Assembly: GCA_020633325.1 (NCBI GenBank)
Contig: JACKDX010000001.1
Span: forward strand, 1,587,301 to 1,651,300
Direction of reading: 5' to 3'
DNA length: 64,000 nucleotides
Source: Myxococcales bacterium
Lineage (GTDB): Bacteria; Myxococcota_A; Polyangia; Polyangiales; GCA-016699535
In this document: positions 34,945 through 45,107 of the stretch, in pieces
Layout of the letters: each line of letters opens with the position of its first letter
How positions within the stretch are numbered: position 1 is the stretch's first letter
Program-made: the position numbers and the translations under genes
The notes under the pieces: model-generated
Database searches by the model: none
What the model was told of the DNA's origin: nothing
Seen by the model: only the letters and a program-made list of their open reading frames with translations

Positions 34945-37900
34945 CTATGTTTTGCGTTCTGGTTCGTATCCGAGGCTGGGTCTTAGCCATCGTTCGGTCT
35001 CTTCGAGAGAAGTCCCCTTCCTGTGGGCGTATGCCTGCACCTGATCGCGATCGATGAGCCCCACCGCGAAATAATGGGCCTTGGGATGGGCAAGATAGAT
35101 GCCGCTGACGCTGGCTGCCGGCCACATCGCGAAGTTCTCGCTAAGCGTGATTCCAATCTCAGGGGCGTTCAACAACGAAAAAAGTTTGGGTTTCTCGCTG
35201 TGGTCGGGGCATGCGGGATAACCAAATGCCGGACGGATCCCGCGGTACTTCTCCGCGATCAGCTCTTGGGGACTGAATTGCTCTTCTAGCCCGTATCCAC
35301 AGTCACGACGTGCGCGCTGGTGCAGATACTCCGCGAACGCTTCGGCCAGTCGATCGGCGAGGGCTTTGGCAATGATGGCATTGTAATCGTCGAGGGCGTC
35401 ACGATATTCCGCAGCAAGTTCTTCGGCGCCTATGCCGGCCGTGACTGCAAACGCCCCAACATAATCCGCGATACCTGTCTCTTGGGGAGCGACAAAATCC
35501 GCCAAACAAAAATAGGGCTCATCCTCGGGCTTGGCTTGCTGTTGCCGCAGCATGCAAAACCTGAGCAATTCTTCTTGGCTATCAGTATGACTCACTACAA
35601 TATCGTCGCCATCAGCGTTCGCGGGCCAAAAGCCGTAAACCCCGCGCAGCGTGAAGCGGCGCTCGCGGATGATGCGATCAAGTAACTGACGTCCATGGTC
35701 GTAGAGTTCTCGTGCGGCTGCACCATAGGTGGGATGCTCTAAGATCTTGGGAAACTTCCCCTTGAGCTCCCAAGCAGTGAAGAAAAAAGTCCAGTCAATG
35801 TAGGGGACTAAATCTTCCAATGTGACATCGTCGACCACGCGACGGCCGAGGAAACTCGGTACGGCTATATCCTTCTCGGCCCAAGTGATGGCCGCTGGAT
35901 TTTCTCGTGCGATGGAGTAGGGCAGCTGGGGTTTGCGTCGTTTCTGCTCATAGAGCCGAACGAGCCTGGCTTGCTCCTTGCGGTTGTTTTCTTCAAACGC
36001 GGCCTGCCGCTCGGGCGAAAGAATATCCGCAAGGACGCCCACGACTAAAGAGGCATCGAGCACGTGCACGGTGTTGGCGTCGTACCTGGGAGCAATCTTT
36101 ACGGCCGTGTGCTGCCGGCTGGTCGTGGCCCCCCCAATCAGTAGAGGCAACTCGAATTTCTGACGTGCCATTTCATCAGCAACGTTGACCATTTCATCGA
36201 GCGAGGGGGTGATCAACCCGCTCAGGCCGATGGCGTCCGCCGCCACGTCTTTTGCAGTTTGGAGAATTTTTTCAGCCGGCACCATCACGCCAAGGTCCAC
36301 GACATCATAGTTGTTGCATCCCAAGACGACGCCGACAATGTTCTTTCCAATGTCGTGAACATCACCCTTGACGGTGGCCAAGACGATTTTCGGACGGGCT
36401 TTGGCGACGCCGCCGACTTTCTCTTTCTCCATGAAAGGCTCTAAGTAAGCCACCGCGCGTTTCATCACGCGCGCGCTCTTCACCACCTGGGGCAGAAACA
36501 TCTTTCCCGACCCAAAAAGCTCACCCACGACTTTCATACCGTCCATCAATGGGCCCTCGATGACATGTAGGGGCTTAGGATGCTTCTGCCGCGCCTCCTC
36601 CGTGTCGGCTTCTATGAAATCCACGATACCATGCACCAAAGCGTGCGAGAGTCGCGCTTCGACAGAACCTTCTCGCCAAGCGAGATCGAGGGTCTTCTTC
36701 TTGCCGATGGATCTAGCGCTTTCCGCAAAGGTAACCAGCCGTTCGGTTGCATCGGGGCGCCGATTAAATATGACATCCTCCACCTTGCTGAGCAGGTCTT
36801 CGGGAATGTCCGCGTACACCGCAAGTTGACCCGCATTGACGATGCCCATGGTCATGCCTGCTGCAATGGCGTGATACAAGAAGGACGCATGCATGGCCTC
36901 GCGTACCGTGTCATTGCCGCGGAAGGAAAACGAAAGGTTGCTGACGCCGCCACTGATTTTGGCGTGCGGGCACGCTGCTTTGATACGTCCAATTGCCTGA
37001 ATATAGTTTTTCGCGAAGTCGTTGTGCTCAGCAATGCCGGTGCCAATGGCTAGAATGTTGGGGTCAAAGAAAATGTCTTGCGCATTGAAGCCAACTTTCT
37101 CCGTAAGCAGGGAATAGGCTCGCTTGCAAATGGATACCTTCCTATCCACCGTCTCGGCTTGCCCCTCTTCATCGAACGCCATCACCACGACAGCGGCACC
37201 GTATCTCTTAACGAGCTTGGCCTTTTCGAGAAAATCGGCCTCACCCTCCTTGAGTGATAACGAGTTGACGACGCCTTTCCCCTGCACGCATTTGAGCCCC
37301 GCTTCAATGACCGACCACTTCGAGCTATCGACCATAATGGGAAGCCGCGAAATCTCCGGCTCCGACGCGATGAGATGCAAAAAAAGCGTCATCTCCTTCT
37401 CTGAGTCGAGCATGCCCTCGTCCATGTTGACATCAAGAATATTGGCACCACTACGGACCTGGTCGAGTGCGACGGCCAAAGCGTCGGAATGTTTGCGCTC
37501 TTTGATCAGTCGTGCAAAACGTTTGGACCCGGTCACATTGGTTCGCTCGCCAATCAGGACAAAGTTGGAGTCCTCTCGAATCACAAACGGTTCGAGACCG
37601 CTGAGACGCGTGAGGTGTGAGACAGGCATCTCGGCAACGTCGCGAGGCTTTATCCCCCGACATGCATTTTTTATAGCGGCGATGTGTTCGGGTGTTGTCC
37701 CACAACATCCCCCGACCAGATTGACCAGGCCATCTTCAGCCAATGCTTTTAACTGCATGGCTGTCGTGGCTGGCGTCTCCTCATACTCACCAAAGGCATT
37801 GGGCATCCCCGCGTTCGGGTAACAGCTGATATAGCAAGTGGCCAATCTGCTGAGTTCAGCAATGTAAGGCCGCATGTCCTTTGCGCCGAGCGCACAGTTG

Positions 37901-38625
37901 ACCCCGACACTCCATGGGTTGGCATGGGCAATGGAGGCCCAGAAAGCTTCAATGGTTTGCCCCGAGAGTGTGCGCCCGCTTTTATCCGTAATGGTTACCG
38001 ACACCATGATCGGTAAGTAGACCTTCTCGCGCTCACAGACCTCCTGGATGGCAAAGAGCGCAGCCTTGGCATTGAGGGTGTCAAAGATTGTCTCGACCAT
38101 GAGCAAGTCGACACCACCGTGAATGAGTCCCCGAACCTGTTCTTCGTAGGCCAAACGCACCTCATCAAACGTCACGGACCGGTATGCAGGGTCGTTTACA
38201 TCAGGCGACAAGCTGAGGGTCTTGTTGGTAGGACCGATGGCGCCCGCCACAAAACGAGGCTGCGCCGGATCCTGCTCGGTGACGATGAGCGCACAGCGCT
38301 TGGCCAGCTTGGCCGCCTCGACGTTCAGGTCGTATGCGAGATCCTGTAAGCCATAATCGGCCTGAGCGATGCGGGTGGCCGTGAAGGTGTTGGTTTCAAT
38401 GATGTCGGCGCCCGCGGTGAGAAATTGTGTATGAATGCCGGCGATAATATCGGGCTGGGTCATGACCAGCACATCGCTATTCCCTTTGAGCGCATGGGTG
38501 TGCGTACTGAATCGTTTTCCGCGAAACGCTGACTCGTCCAAGGCATGCCGCTGAATCATGGTGCCCATGGCGCCGTCGAGTATCATCAGCCGCTCTTTGA
38601 GCGTTGCTTCTAGATCTTGCTGCAT
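34945..38625 (-). CDS. metH: cobalamin-dependent methionine synthase
   Basis: 1226 aa with all modules: Hcy-binding N-terminus ([11 protein letters not shown]), pterin-binding module, B12-binding GDVHDIGKN (DxHxxG) and a C-terminal AdoMet reactivation domain. Confidence 0.95.
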   Translation of the reverse strand: MQQDLEATLKERLMILDGAMGTMIQRHALDESAFRGKRFSTHTHALKGNSDVLVMTQPDIIAGIHTQFLTAGADIIETNTFTATRIAQADYGLQDLAYDLNVEAAKLAKRCALIVTEQDPAQPRFVAGAIGPTNKTLSLSPDVNDPAYRSVTFDEVRLAYEEQVRGLIHGGVDLLMVETIFDTLNAKAALFAIQEVCEREKVYLPIMVSVTITDKSGRTLSGQTIEAFWASIAHANPWSVGVNCALGAKDMRPYIAELSRLATCYISCYPNAGMPNAFGEYEETPATTAMQLKALAEDGLVNLVGGCCGTTPEHIAAIKNACRGIKPRDVAEMPVSHLTRLSGLEPFVIREDSNFVLIGERTNVTGSKRFARLIKERKHSDALAVALDQVRSGANILDVNMDEGMLDSEKEMTLFLHLIASEPEISRLPIMVDSSKWSVIEAGLKCVQGKGVVNSLSLKEGEADFLEKAKLVKRYGAAVVVMAFDEEGQAETVDRKVSICKRAYSLLTEKVGFNAQDIFFDPNILAIGTGIAEHNDFAKNYIQAIGRIKAACPHAKISGGVSNLSFSFRGNDTVREAMHASFLYHAIAAGMTMGIVNAGQLAVYADIPEDLLSKVEDVIFNRRPDATERLVTFAESARSIGKKKTLDLAWREGSVEARLSHALVHGIVDFIEADTEEARQKHPKPLHVIEGPLMDGMKVVGELFGSGKMFLPQVVKSARVMKRAVAYLEPFMEKEKVGGVAKARPKIVLATVKGDVHDIGKNIVGVVLGCNNYDVVDLGVMVPAEKILQTAKDVAADAIGLSGLITPSLDEMVNVADEMARQKFELPLLIGGATTSRQHTAVKIAPRYDANTVHVLDASLVVGVLADILSPERQAAFEENNRKEQARLVRLYEQKRRKPQLPYSIARENPAAITWAEKDIAVPSFLGRRVVDDVTLEDLVPYIDWTFFFTAWELKGKFPKILEHPTYGAAARELYDHGRQLLDRIIRERRFTLRGVYGFWPANADGDDIVVSHTDSQEELLRFCMLRQQQAKPEDEPYFCLADFVAPQETGIADYVGAFAVTAGIGAEELAAEYRDALDDYNAIIAKALADRLAEAFAEYLHQRARRDCGYGLEEQFSPQELIAEKYRGIRPAFGYPACPDHSEKPKLFSLLNAPEIGITLSENFAMWPAASVSGIYLAHPKAHYFAVGLIDRDQVQAYAHRKGTSLEETERWLRPSLGYEPERKT

Positions 38626-38635
38626 TGGGCGGTGT

Positions 38636-39622
38636 TTACGCCGCGCTCGGCGTTGACGCCAGCCCCACCGGGATGGGTTTGACCGCGGGTGCCACGGCGC
38701 TCAATGGAATTCCCTCTAAAATCGCCACGCATAGGTCTTCAAACGTGTAGCCCAGTCCGCGAACGATTTTTGGCAGAAGACTGGCGCTTGAGGTGAGCCC
38801 CGGCAGGGTATTGACCTCAAGTACATAATCATTGCCGCCTTCGGTGACCATCATATCCACACGGGTGGCGCCGATAGCCCCCACGCTCCGATTGGCTTTC
38901 TCGGCGACATCGAGAAGCGTCTGATAGCGGCTCGGGCTGACGCGGGCGGGGAAATGGTAGGTACTCTGGCCCGCTTGATACTTCGCCTGATAATCATAAA
39001 ATTCCCCCAAAGGCTCGATCTCTATTGCGCCCAAGGGCTTTCCATGCAGCAACCCAACTTGAATCTCCTGTCCCTGAATATAGCGCTCGACAAGCACATC
39101 GCCCGGAAATTGGCTTGCAAGCTTTACCCCAGCATGAAGTTCCGTGAGCGATGCGGCTTTGGAGCTTCCTACGCTTGAGCCTTGGCTCCGGGGTTTGATA
39201 AACACAGGAAAGCCAAAGGATCCGTGCGCTTGCTCGGCTTCTTCGAGTGTGTCCGGTTCGAGGACATAATAAGGCGGCGTAGGCACGTTGTAGAGGCGGA
39301 ATAATTCTTTCGCCTTCACCTTATCCATCGCCAAAGCACTCGCCAGCACGCCAGAGCCCGTGTACGGGATGCCCAACAGTTCCAAGAGGCCCTGAATGCA
39401 GCCATCTTCGCCGTAGGTGCCATGGAGCGCTATGAATGCGACGTCGATCGGATCTTGGCGCAACACCTTATCGATGTCGCGATCGACGAATACGGTGACA
39501 GCATCGTAGCCACGTGAAACCAGTGCTCGATGCACGCATTCGCCAGTTTTTAATGAGATCTCCCGCTCGGCACTGAGTCCGCCCATCAATACACCAACGC
39601 GTTTTTCTCGATACTTCGTCAC
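38636..39622 (-). CDS. ddl: D-alanine--D-alanine ligase
   Basis: ATP-grasp fold. Motifs [22 protein letters not shown] and EVNTLPGLT. Confidence 0.93.
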   Translation of the reverse strand: MTKYREKRVGVLMGGLSAEREISLKTGECVHRALVSRGYDAVTVFVDRDIDKVLRQDPIDVAFIALHGTYGEDGCIQGLLELLGIPYTGSGVLASALAMDKVKAKELFRLYNVPTPPYYVLEPDTLEEAEQAHGSFGFPVFIKPRSQGSSVGSSKAASLTELHAGVKLASQFPGDVLVERYIQGQEIQVGLLHGKPLGAIEIEPLGEFYDYQAKYQAGQSTYHFPARVSPSRYQTLLDVAEKANRSVGAIGATRVDMMVTEGGNDYVLEVNTLPGLTSSASLLPKIVRGLGYTFEDLCVAILEGIPLSAVAPAVKPIPVGLASTPSAA

Positions 39623-39679
39623 AGGACGGCCCTAGCAAGAGAGCGGGTCCCGGTCAACAAAACACCCAATTTCGGGGGA

Positions 39680-39955
39680 CTACCGCAGATAACGGTCTAG
39701 GTACTTGTTCACCTGTGCTTCAATGGCCCCCTTTAGGGGTCTTAGCATCAGCCCTAGCTCCACGCTGACGTGGACCAACGAATCGCTCACGGCCACCTGC
39801 CCTTTGGCGCCTGTCCTCTCGAATTTGAGCACGTCGCCCTCCCAATGGGACTGCACCTGTAGTTTGTTGGTGAGCTCTGTGCTGAGCGCGTCTGCGGCTT
39901 TGCGCGCCGCATCCTTGCCAAGGGTATGTGCGCGTCGAATGTCGATGCCGGGCAT
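39680..39955 (-). CDS. putative polyhydroxyalkanoic acid system protein (PHA_gran_rgn family)
   Basis: 91 aa. The pattern MPGIDIRRAHTLGKDAARKAADAL...W.GD.L.F.R.GAKG...V....V.V...LG matches my recollection of this small family. Confidence 0.6.
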   Translation of the reverse strand: MPGIDIRRAHTLGKDAARKAADALSTELTNKLQVQSHWEGDVLKFERTGAKGQVAVSDSLVHVSVELGLMLRPLKGAIEAQVNKYLDRYLR

Positions 39956-39992
39956 GGCGCGAACCTACCCAAAAGAGAGCAGAAGTCAATGA

Positions 39993-40021
39993 TTGCAACA
40001 GAGCCTACGGAATGGTAGAAT
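39993..40021 (+). promoter_or_regulatory. candidate sigma-70 promoter with extended -10
   Basis: TTGCAA (39993-39998), 17 nt, then TGgTAGAAT (-10 at 40016-40021). It implies a leader of about 145 nt before the ATG at 40173. Confidence 0.35.
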
Positions 40022-40172
40022 CCCGGCGCAGGCGACATGTTGCAAGATTGTCACCATAGAGCATTCAAAGGTGCGCTAGAGCCGACCAGGGAGGACGGTT
40101 CGCGCCATCTTTACCACGAGGAAACAATCCTCGACATCAACTCACATTCACTCCCTATTTCAAGGAATTTTC

Positions 40173-41897
40173 ATGACTTTTACGGAAGCAGCGGTGGCCG
40201 TGCTTCGCCATGCCGGACGGCCGCTCCATTACAAAAAAATCACCGAACTGGCGATTGAAAACAACCTACTTTCTCACGTCGGGAAAACCCCAGAGGTGAC
40301 GATGAGCGCCAGGCTGGCGATGCTGGCCAAGAAGCCCGATGGAGGGCTTGAGGTGGTCAAGGTTAAGCCGGGCGTCTTCGGCCTCAAGGAATTCGGAGAC
40401 GCTATACTGACGCGAGCTTCGGCAGACGGAGCCGAGGGAGAGGATATAGAAGTGATGATGCAACCCCAAGAAGAAGACCGTTCAGTCTCGGAAAATCAAG
40501 AGGATAACGGCCAAACATCGAACGCGGCGCCAGCCCAACCAGAATCGGGTGCGCAGCTCTTCCCTGACGAGGATGACGATGATGAACCGATTTTGGCGGG
40601 TCTTGATGAGGGGCGTGCAGATCCCAAGCGCGGTCGGCGCCGCCGGCGTCGCCGCCCGGGCCGAGGTGCATCGAGCGCAGGGCAGCCCACGGGCGCTGTG
40701 CGTGCGCGTGAATCCGGCCAGGGCAATGGTGGCCGCTCGCCCCAGAGTCGAGAGCAAAGAGATCGATACGATGTGGCTGGTGATTGGGATCGTCTGCCCG
40801 AGGATAACGACTTAATTGGAAAAAGCCTTTCAGACGCTGCGCACGCCGTCATGGCGGCAGGCACGACGCGGCAGGGCTCGACGCTTGAGCGCATTGCACA
40901 TCAACTCGTTCAAAAGGGCCGCCTTCAGGGGGACCCGCAGGCACTTGTGCCCACGGTCGCCGCGGCGCTTCGCGCGGACAACGCATGTCGAACCCAAGCT
41001 CAAGAGCGCTTGAGATTTCGCGTCCACGCCAATCTCGTCTGGCTCACAGATTGGCTACTGCCGACGGACGCTATTCGCCTAGAGCGCGACGTCACGCGGG
41101 GAGCAGAACAACAACGCCTTGCTGTGCGGAAGGTGTTCTTAAAGCAACTCAGAGCGTTGCCCTTGACGGGATTTGCTGAATTCGTGGCATCATGGCTGAA
41201 CGCAGAAGGCGTCACGTCGGTGCGTGCGATTCGCCGCCCGGGAAGCTCCGCCTCTCAGCTACACTTTGCCGGGGTGCTCCACCAAGGGCAAAGCGAGATG
41301 CACCTTGCGGTGGTGATGCTCAGGGACGGTCAAGACATAGACAAGAGTTTGGTCGAACAAACCCGGGGGGCGCTACATCACTATGGCCAGGCCAATGTTG
41401 CATGGCTGGTGACGCTCGGCCAGGTACGTCCAGACGCGAGGCAGGAAGGTAATGTCAGTGGCGTTGCACCGGCGGTCCTGTTTGACGGCCTTGAATGGGC
41501 TGAAGCCCTCGAAAATCGAAGCATCGGTCTCTCTAAGACCTATGTTGCTCTCACGGTGCCCCAGTTTGAGTTGCTCGCGGCCTTGAGCGGGGCGGTGGAG
41601 CCGGACACACAAGCCCTCGAGTCCGAAGAAGGGCGGGAGGGGCGCAGCGGATGGGCACAGCAGTCCTCGGGACCGAGGAGACGTCGAGGAGGACGCGGCT
41701 TTCGGCGAGATCAGGCGCAGTCCGATGATGACGGCGATAACGATGGACAAGAAGCTGCTTCTTCCGATATTGATCGCAACGGGCAAGAGCCACCGCTGCT
41801 CGACGAGGATGAGTCCGAGAACGACAATGGCCCCTATGCCTCGGACGAGAGTGCTGACGGCGACGATGATGACGTCGATCAGGACGACTCCAACTGA
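40173..41897 (+). CDS. HARE-HTH domain protein with Arg/Gly-rich and acidic disordered regions and an Mrr-like (restriction endonuclease fold) domain
   Basis: N-terminus MTFTEAAVAVLRHAGRPLHYKKITELAIENNLL.HVGKTPE.TM.A.L...VKPGVFGLKEF is a HARE-HTH signature. Residues about 330-440 (FAEFVASWLNAEGV...HLAVVMLRDG...VAWLVTLG) resemble an Mrr_cat core. The tail is poly-acidic (DGDDDDVDQDDSN). AAGGA RBS upstream. Confidence 0.78.
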   Translation: MTFTEAAVAVLRHAGRPLHYKKITELAIENNLLSHVGKTPEVTMSARLAMLAKKPDGGLEVVKVKPGVFGLKEFGDAILTRASADGAEGEDIEVMMQPQEEDRSVSENQEDNGQTSNAAPAQPESGAQLFPDEDDDDEPILAGLDEGRADPKRGRRRRRRRPGRGASSAGQPTGAVRARESGQGNGGRSPQSREQRDRYDVAGDWDRLPEDNDLIGKSLSDAAHAVMAAGTTRQGSTLERIAHQLVQKGRLQGDPQALVPTVAAALRADNACRTQAQERLRFRVHANLVWLTDWLLPTDAIRLERDVTRGAEQQRLAVRKVFLKQLRALPLTGFAEFVASWLNAEGVTSVRAIRRPGSSASQLHFAGVLHQGQSEMHLAVVMLRDGQDIDKSLVEQTRGALHHYGQANVAWLVTLGQVRPDARQEGNVSGVAPAVLFDGLEWAEALENRSIGLSKTYVALTVPQFELLAALSGAVEPDTQALESEEGREGRSGWAQQSSGPRRRRGGRGFRRDQAQSDDDGDNDGQEAASSDIDRNGQEPPLLDEDESENDNGPYASDESADGDDDDVDQDDSN

Positions 41898-41909
41898 GGA
41901 GCCGCTCGT

Positions 41910-43574
41910 TTAAATATATGCCGTGGGGTGGTATTCGCCCCACGCATCTCTCAATGCATCACTGATCTCGCCCAGGGTGGCGCCAGCTTGAGCGGCTTCG
42001 ACAATCTGAACCATGAGATTGCCATCTCCCATCGCGGTTTTGCGCACCGTTTCACAGGCGCGGGCGGCTTCATCCGGCTCGCGCGCTTGACGAAAGGCAG
42101 CAAGCCTCTCTATTTGACGCGGACCGTAGGCGCGTTCAGTATCAGCCGACTGTGTTTGCGGCTCGGACTCGTCTTTGAATCGGTTGGTCCCCACAACCAC
42201 TCGCTTTTGAGATTCCACCTCGAGCTGAGCCTGGTATGCGGTGTTCTGAATCTCCTTTTGCACGTAGCCTTTAGCGATGGCATTGGGCATTCCTCCAATC
42301 TTCTCGATGTGATCGAGGTAACGTTGTGCCTGACCTTGGAGCCTGTCCGTCATGGCCTCGATGGCGTAGCTGCCCCCCATCGGGTCCACCGTGTCTGTGA
42401 CGCCACTTTCATAGGCCAGGACTTGTTGCGTGCGTAAGGCGAGGGTGGCCGCTGTCTGAGAAGGTAACGACAGCGCCTCATCGTAGCCATTGGCGTGCAG
42501 AGATTGACAGCCCCCCAGGACCGCACTCAGCGCTTGGAGCGTGACGCGGGCGGCATTGACCAAGGGTTGATGGGCCTGCAAAGTGGAGCCGGCAGTTTGG
42601 GCATGAAACCGCAGCATGCACGCGGCGGGATCTGTCGCACCAAACCGGTCGCGCATGATCGTTGCCCACATGCGACGTGCAGCCCGAAACTTCGCCACTT
42701 CCTCCAGCAAGTGATTGTGCGCATTGAAGAAAAACGATAGCTGTCTGCCGAAAATATTCGGCCCAAGGCCGGCTTCTTTCGCCGTCTTCACGTACGTTAT
42801 GGCGTTGCTTAGGGTAAAGGCGATTTCCTGTGCGGCGTCACATCCTGCTTCGCGCATGTGATACCCGCTTACCGAGATCGGGTGCCAACGTGGAACGTGT
42901 TCCGCACACCAGACGAACAGGTCGCGACTCAAACGCAGCGATTCCTTGACCGGATAGATATATGTGCCGCGGGCGATGTATTCTTTCAGGATATCGTTTT
43001 GGACCGTCCCTTTGAGCGTTTCAATGCGGACGCCCTGCTCCTTGGCCACAGTGACGTAGAACGCCAGAAGGATTGGGGCGGTGGCGTTGATGGTCATCGA
43101 AGTCGAAATCGCGTTCAAATCAATGCCACGCAACAGCATTCGCATATCGTCGATGGTGTCGATGGCCACGCCGACTTTCCCGACCTCTGCTTGCGCCAGA
43201 GGATGGTCGCTGTCGCGTCCCATTTGGGTGGGCAGATCGAAGGCAACGCTAAGTCCCGTTTGGCCCTGCTCAAGCAAATGGCGGTATCGTTGGTTAGATT
43301 CTTCAGCGTCGCCAAAGCCCGCATATTGTCGCATGGTCCAGAGCCGGCCCCGATACATGTTGGGTTGCACACCGCGTGTGAAAGGGAAAGCTCCCGGGAA
43401 TCCGAGCTTCGCCTCATAATCATTTTCCGTCGGGGCGTGCGGGGGGACGTAGATACATTCGGCATCTTTGCCGTCGCTCAACAGGATGCTGCGCTCGCGG
43501 ACCGGATGCTGTGCTTCAAACCGCGCAAGATTCGCGCGCCACTCCGCAAAAGCCTGCTTAAGGTCACCACTCAT
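41910..43574 (-). CDS. methylmalonyl-CoA mutase family, catalytic (TIM-barrel) subunit only
   Basis: Motifs FPFTRGV, MYRGRLWTMRQYAGFG, GLSVAFDLPTQ and the NDILKEY region. 554 aa with no C-terminal B12-binding domain. Confidence 0.9.
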   Translation of the reverse strand: MSGDLKQAFAEWRANLARFEAQHPVRERSILLSDGKDAECIYVPPHAPTENDYEAKLGFPGAFPFTRGVQPNMYRGRLWTMRQYAGFGDAEESNQRYRHLLEQGQTGLSVAFDLPTQMGRDSDHPLAQAEVGKVGVAIDTIDDMRMLLRGIDLNAISTSMTINATAPILLAFYVTVAKEQGVRIETLKGTVQNDILKEYIARGTYIYPVKESLRLSRDLFVWCAEHVPRWHPISVSGYHMREAGCDAAQEIAFTLSNAITYVKTAKEAGLGPNIFGRQLSFFFNAHNHLLEEVAKFRAARRMWATIMRDRFGATDPAACMLRFHAQTAGSTLQAHQPLVNAARVTLQALSAVLGGCQSLHANGYDEALSLPSQTAATLALRTQQVLAYESGVTDTVDPMGGSYAIEAMTDRLQGQAQRYLDHIEKIGGMPNAIAKGYVQKEIQNTAYQAQLEVESQKRVVVGTNRFKDESEPQTQSADTERAYGPRQIERLAAFRQAREPDEAARACETVRKTAMGDGNLMVQIVEAAQAGATLGEISDALRDAWGEYHPTAYI

Positions 43575-45049
43575 TTTTTTGATGACATGATGATGCGCGC
43601 CAAAGCCTCAGAAACCGCGTAACTCAGCGTACGAATGCGCTCGTGGCCAAAATTGCCATAAAGCGGACCGTCGGCGCAGAGCATGGCCACGATACGACCA
43701 TGCAAAAAGATGGGTTCTATCAGAAGTTCCGGTCCCCGGCTCGCGGTGGCGGAGCGAAATAACACGTCCGCGGCATGCGTGCCGTGAGGACCCATATAAC
43801 TTTCCCCCGTCGCCAGAACTTTCTGAAAAACCGAGGCGGTTTCTGTAGGAATCCAAATCTTTCGGATGGCTTCACGTGGCACGCCCACGCCCGCCGCTTC
43901 CCGCCCCTCTAGTGTGCCCTTGCGCAACACGAGTGCGACGGCGAGTGCGGCGACAGAGGCGGCTCCGTAGCACGCAAACCTCAAAATTTGATCGCTGTCC
44001 CGGCTCGCCCGAATGCTGGCCAACGTCGGACCGATACTGGGAGGCTCTGGCTCCTCGCTGGGACGAAAAGAGCGCATCCGCTCACCAATTGCGCTACCTC
44101 TGCGTACGCTTTGTGCATTGCTCGGCATGGCCCGCGTGCTTCGGGCATGGTGCCTAGAAACCGCTGCACCATCTTCTGGCAGCAGGTCAGACCATGAGCG
44201 TTCCGAGGCAGACACTTGGGGCCGAGCCTCGATTTCCGAATGCTCTGCCACCGATGCCGGCGGATTATACGAAACGGTGGTTTCTGGCGCAAACGAATCC
44301 GCTGCGGGGCGGTGCTGAGAAGGGGTGAGAGGACGGGAAGCGCTTGCACGTTGCGAAACCCCGCGGGGTGCGCGTTGGCCCGAATGCGAGGCTGCCAAGG
44401 GGATAAACATATGTTCGTCCGCGAACCCCGGCACCGAAGGAGGTCTGAGCGTGCCAGTAGGCCCGTGGGCCCGTGCCGCGCGCGGCACTTTAGCGCTGTG
44501 TTGCGCTTCGTCAGGGAAGGGGCGCTCATCGGCAGGCCACGAGGAGGATTGCATATGGTTACGCAGCCAGGATGCCGGGCGGTGCGTGACTTGGCGGACC
44601 CCGTCGTCGGTGCGCGCCGTGTCCACCTGTTGATACGCATGCTCGATGGCCACCCGCAAGTCTGAAACGAAGGACACCTTTGGAATCACGTCCATGCTTG
44701 CAGCAAGCGACAGCTCGTGGATCAGGTGCGGGTCCGTGGGATCCGCCATGGCGGTGATAAGTCCCTGCTCGGTGGTGCGAATCGGCAGCGCCAAGAGCTC
44801 TCGCGCCATCTCTTCAGGTACCCGCTCCACTGCGCTCGGTGCAGCCGTGGCCAGCTCTTCTATCGTGATGAGTGGGCCGTAGCCGTCGCCCAAAAACACT
44901 CCGGCGAGCGCTTCTTCGTTAAGTCCTTGCTCAATCAGTCGCGCCGCAAGGATGCCGCCGTCGAGTTGGGTGGCGGCCAGCGCGTGGGCCAGCTGGTCCC
45001 GGCTGATGAGACCGGCTCGCACCAAACGCGTGCCCAGATCGGAGAACAT
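43571..45049 (-). CDS. T2SSE_N (MshEN-like) domain protein with disordered linker and C-terminal GAF-like domain
   Basis: The N-terminal ~140 aa (LGTRLVRAGLISRDQLAHALAATQ...LLALPIR...ITAMADPTD) resemble the GspE/MshE N-terminal domain. A Pro/Ser/Ala-rich middle follows. The C-terminus looks GAF-like (assignment weak). ATGA overlap with the downstream mutase gene. Confidence 0.7.
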   Translation of the reverse strand: MFSDLGTRLVRAGLISRDQLAHALAATQLDGGILAARLIEQGLNEEALAGVFLGDGYGPLITIEELATAAPSAVERVPEEMARELLALPIRTTEQGLITAMADPTDPHLIHELSLAASMDVIPKVSFVSDLRVAIEHAYQQVDTARTDDGVRQVTHRPASWLRNHMQSSSWPADERPFPDEAQHSAKVPRAARAHGPTGTLRPPSVPGFADEHMFIPLAASHSGQRAPRGVSQRASASRPLTPSQHRPAADSFAPETTVSYNPPASVAEHSEIEARPQVSASERSWSDLLPEDGAAVSRHHARSTRAMPSNAQSVRRGSAIGERMRSFRPSEEPEPPSIGPTLASIRASRDSDQILRFACYGAASVAALAVALVLRKGTLEGREAAGVGVPREAIRKIWIPTETASVFQKVLATGESYMGPHGTHAADVLFRSATASRGPELLIEPIFLHGRIVAMLCADGPLYGNFGHERIRTLSYAVSEALARIIMSSKK

Positions 45050-45107
45050 AGCTCAGAAGTACAGCCGGATAGTAGTTGAGTCCAGATAGTAATGTTAACC
45101 TGCGCTA

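Noticed and set aside
38626-38635. Possible cobalamin riboswitch upstream of metH
   Set aside because: Only 10 nt separate the ddl stop from the metH start.
40027-40043. GGCGACATGTTGCA as a possible sigma-54 promoter upstream of the HARE-HTH gene
   Set aside because: The GG-to-GC spacing is one nucleotide short of the invariant -24/-12 distance.
40037-40258. 73-aa ORF spanning the leader and 5' end of the HARE-HTH gene
   Set aside because: It is out of frame with the strongly supported HARE-HTH start at 40173, which has its own SD. It shows no motif.
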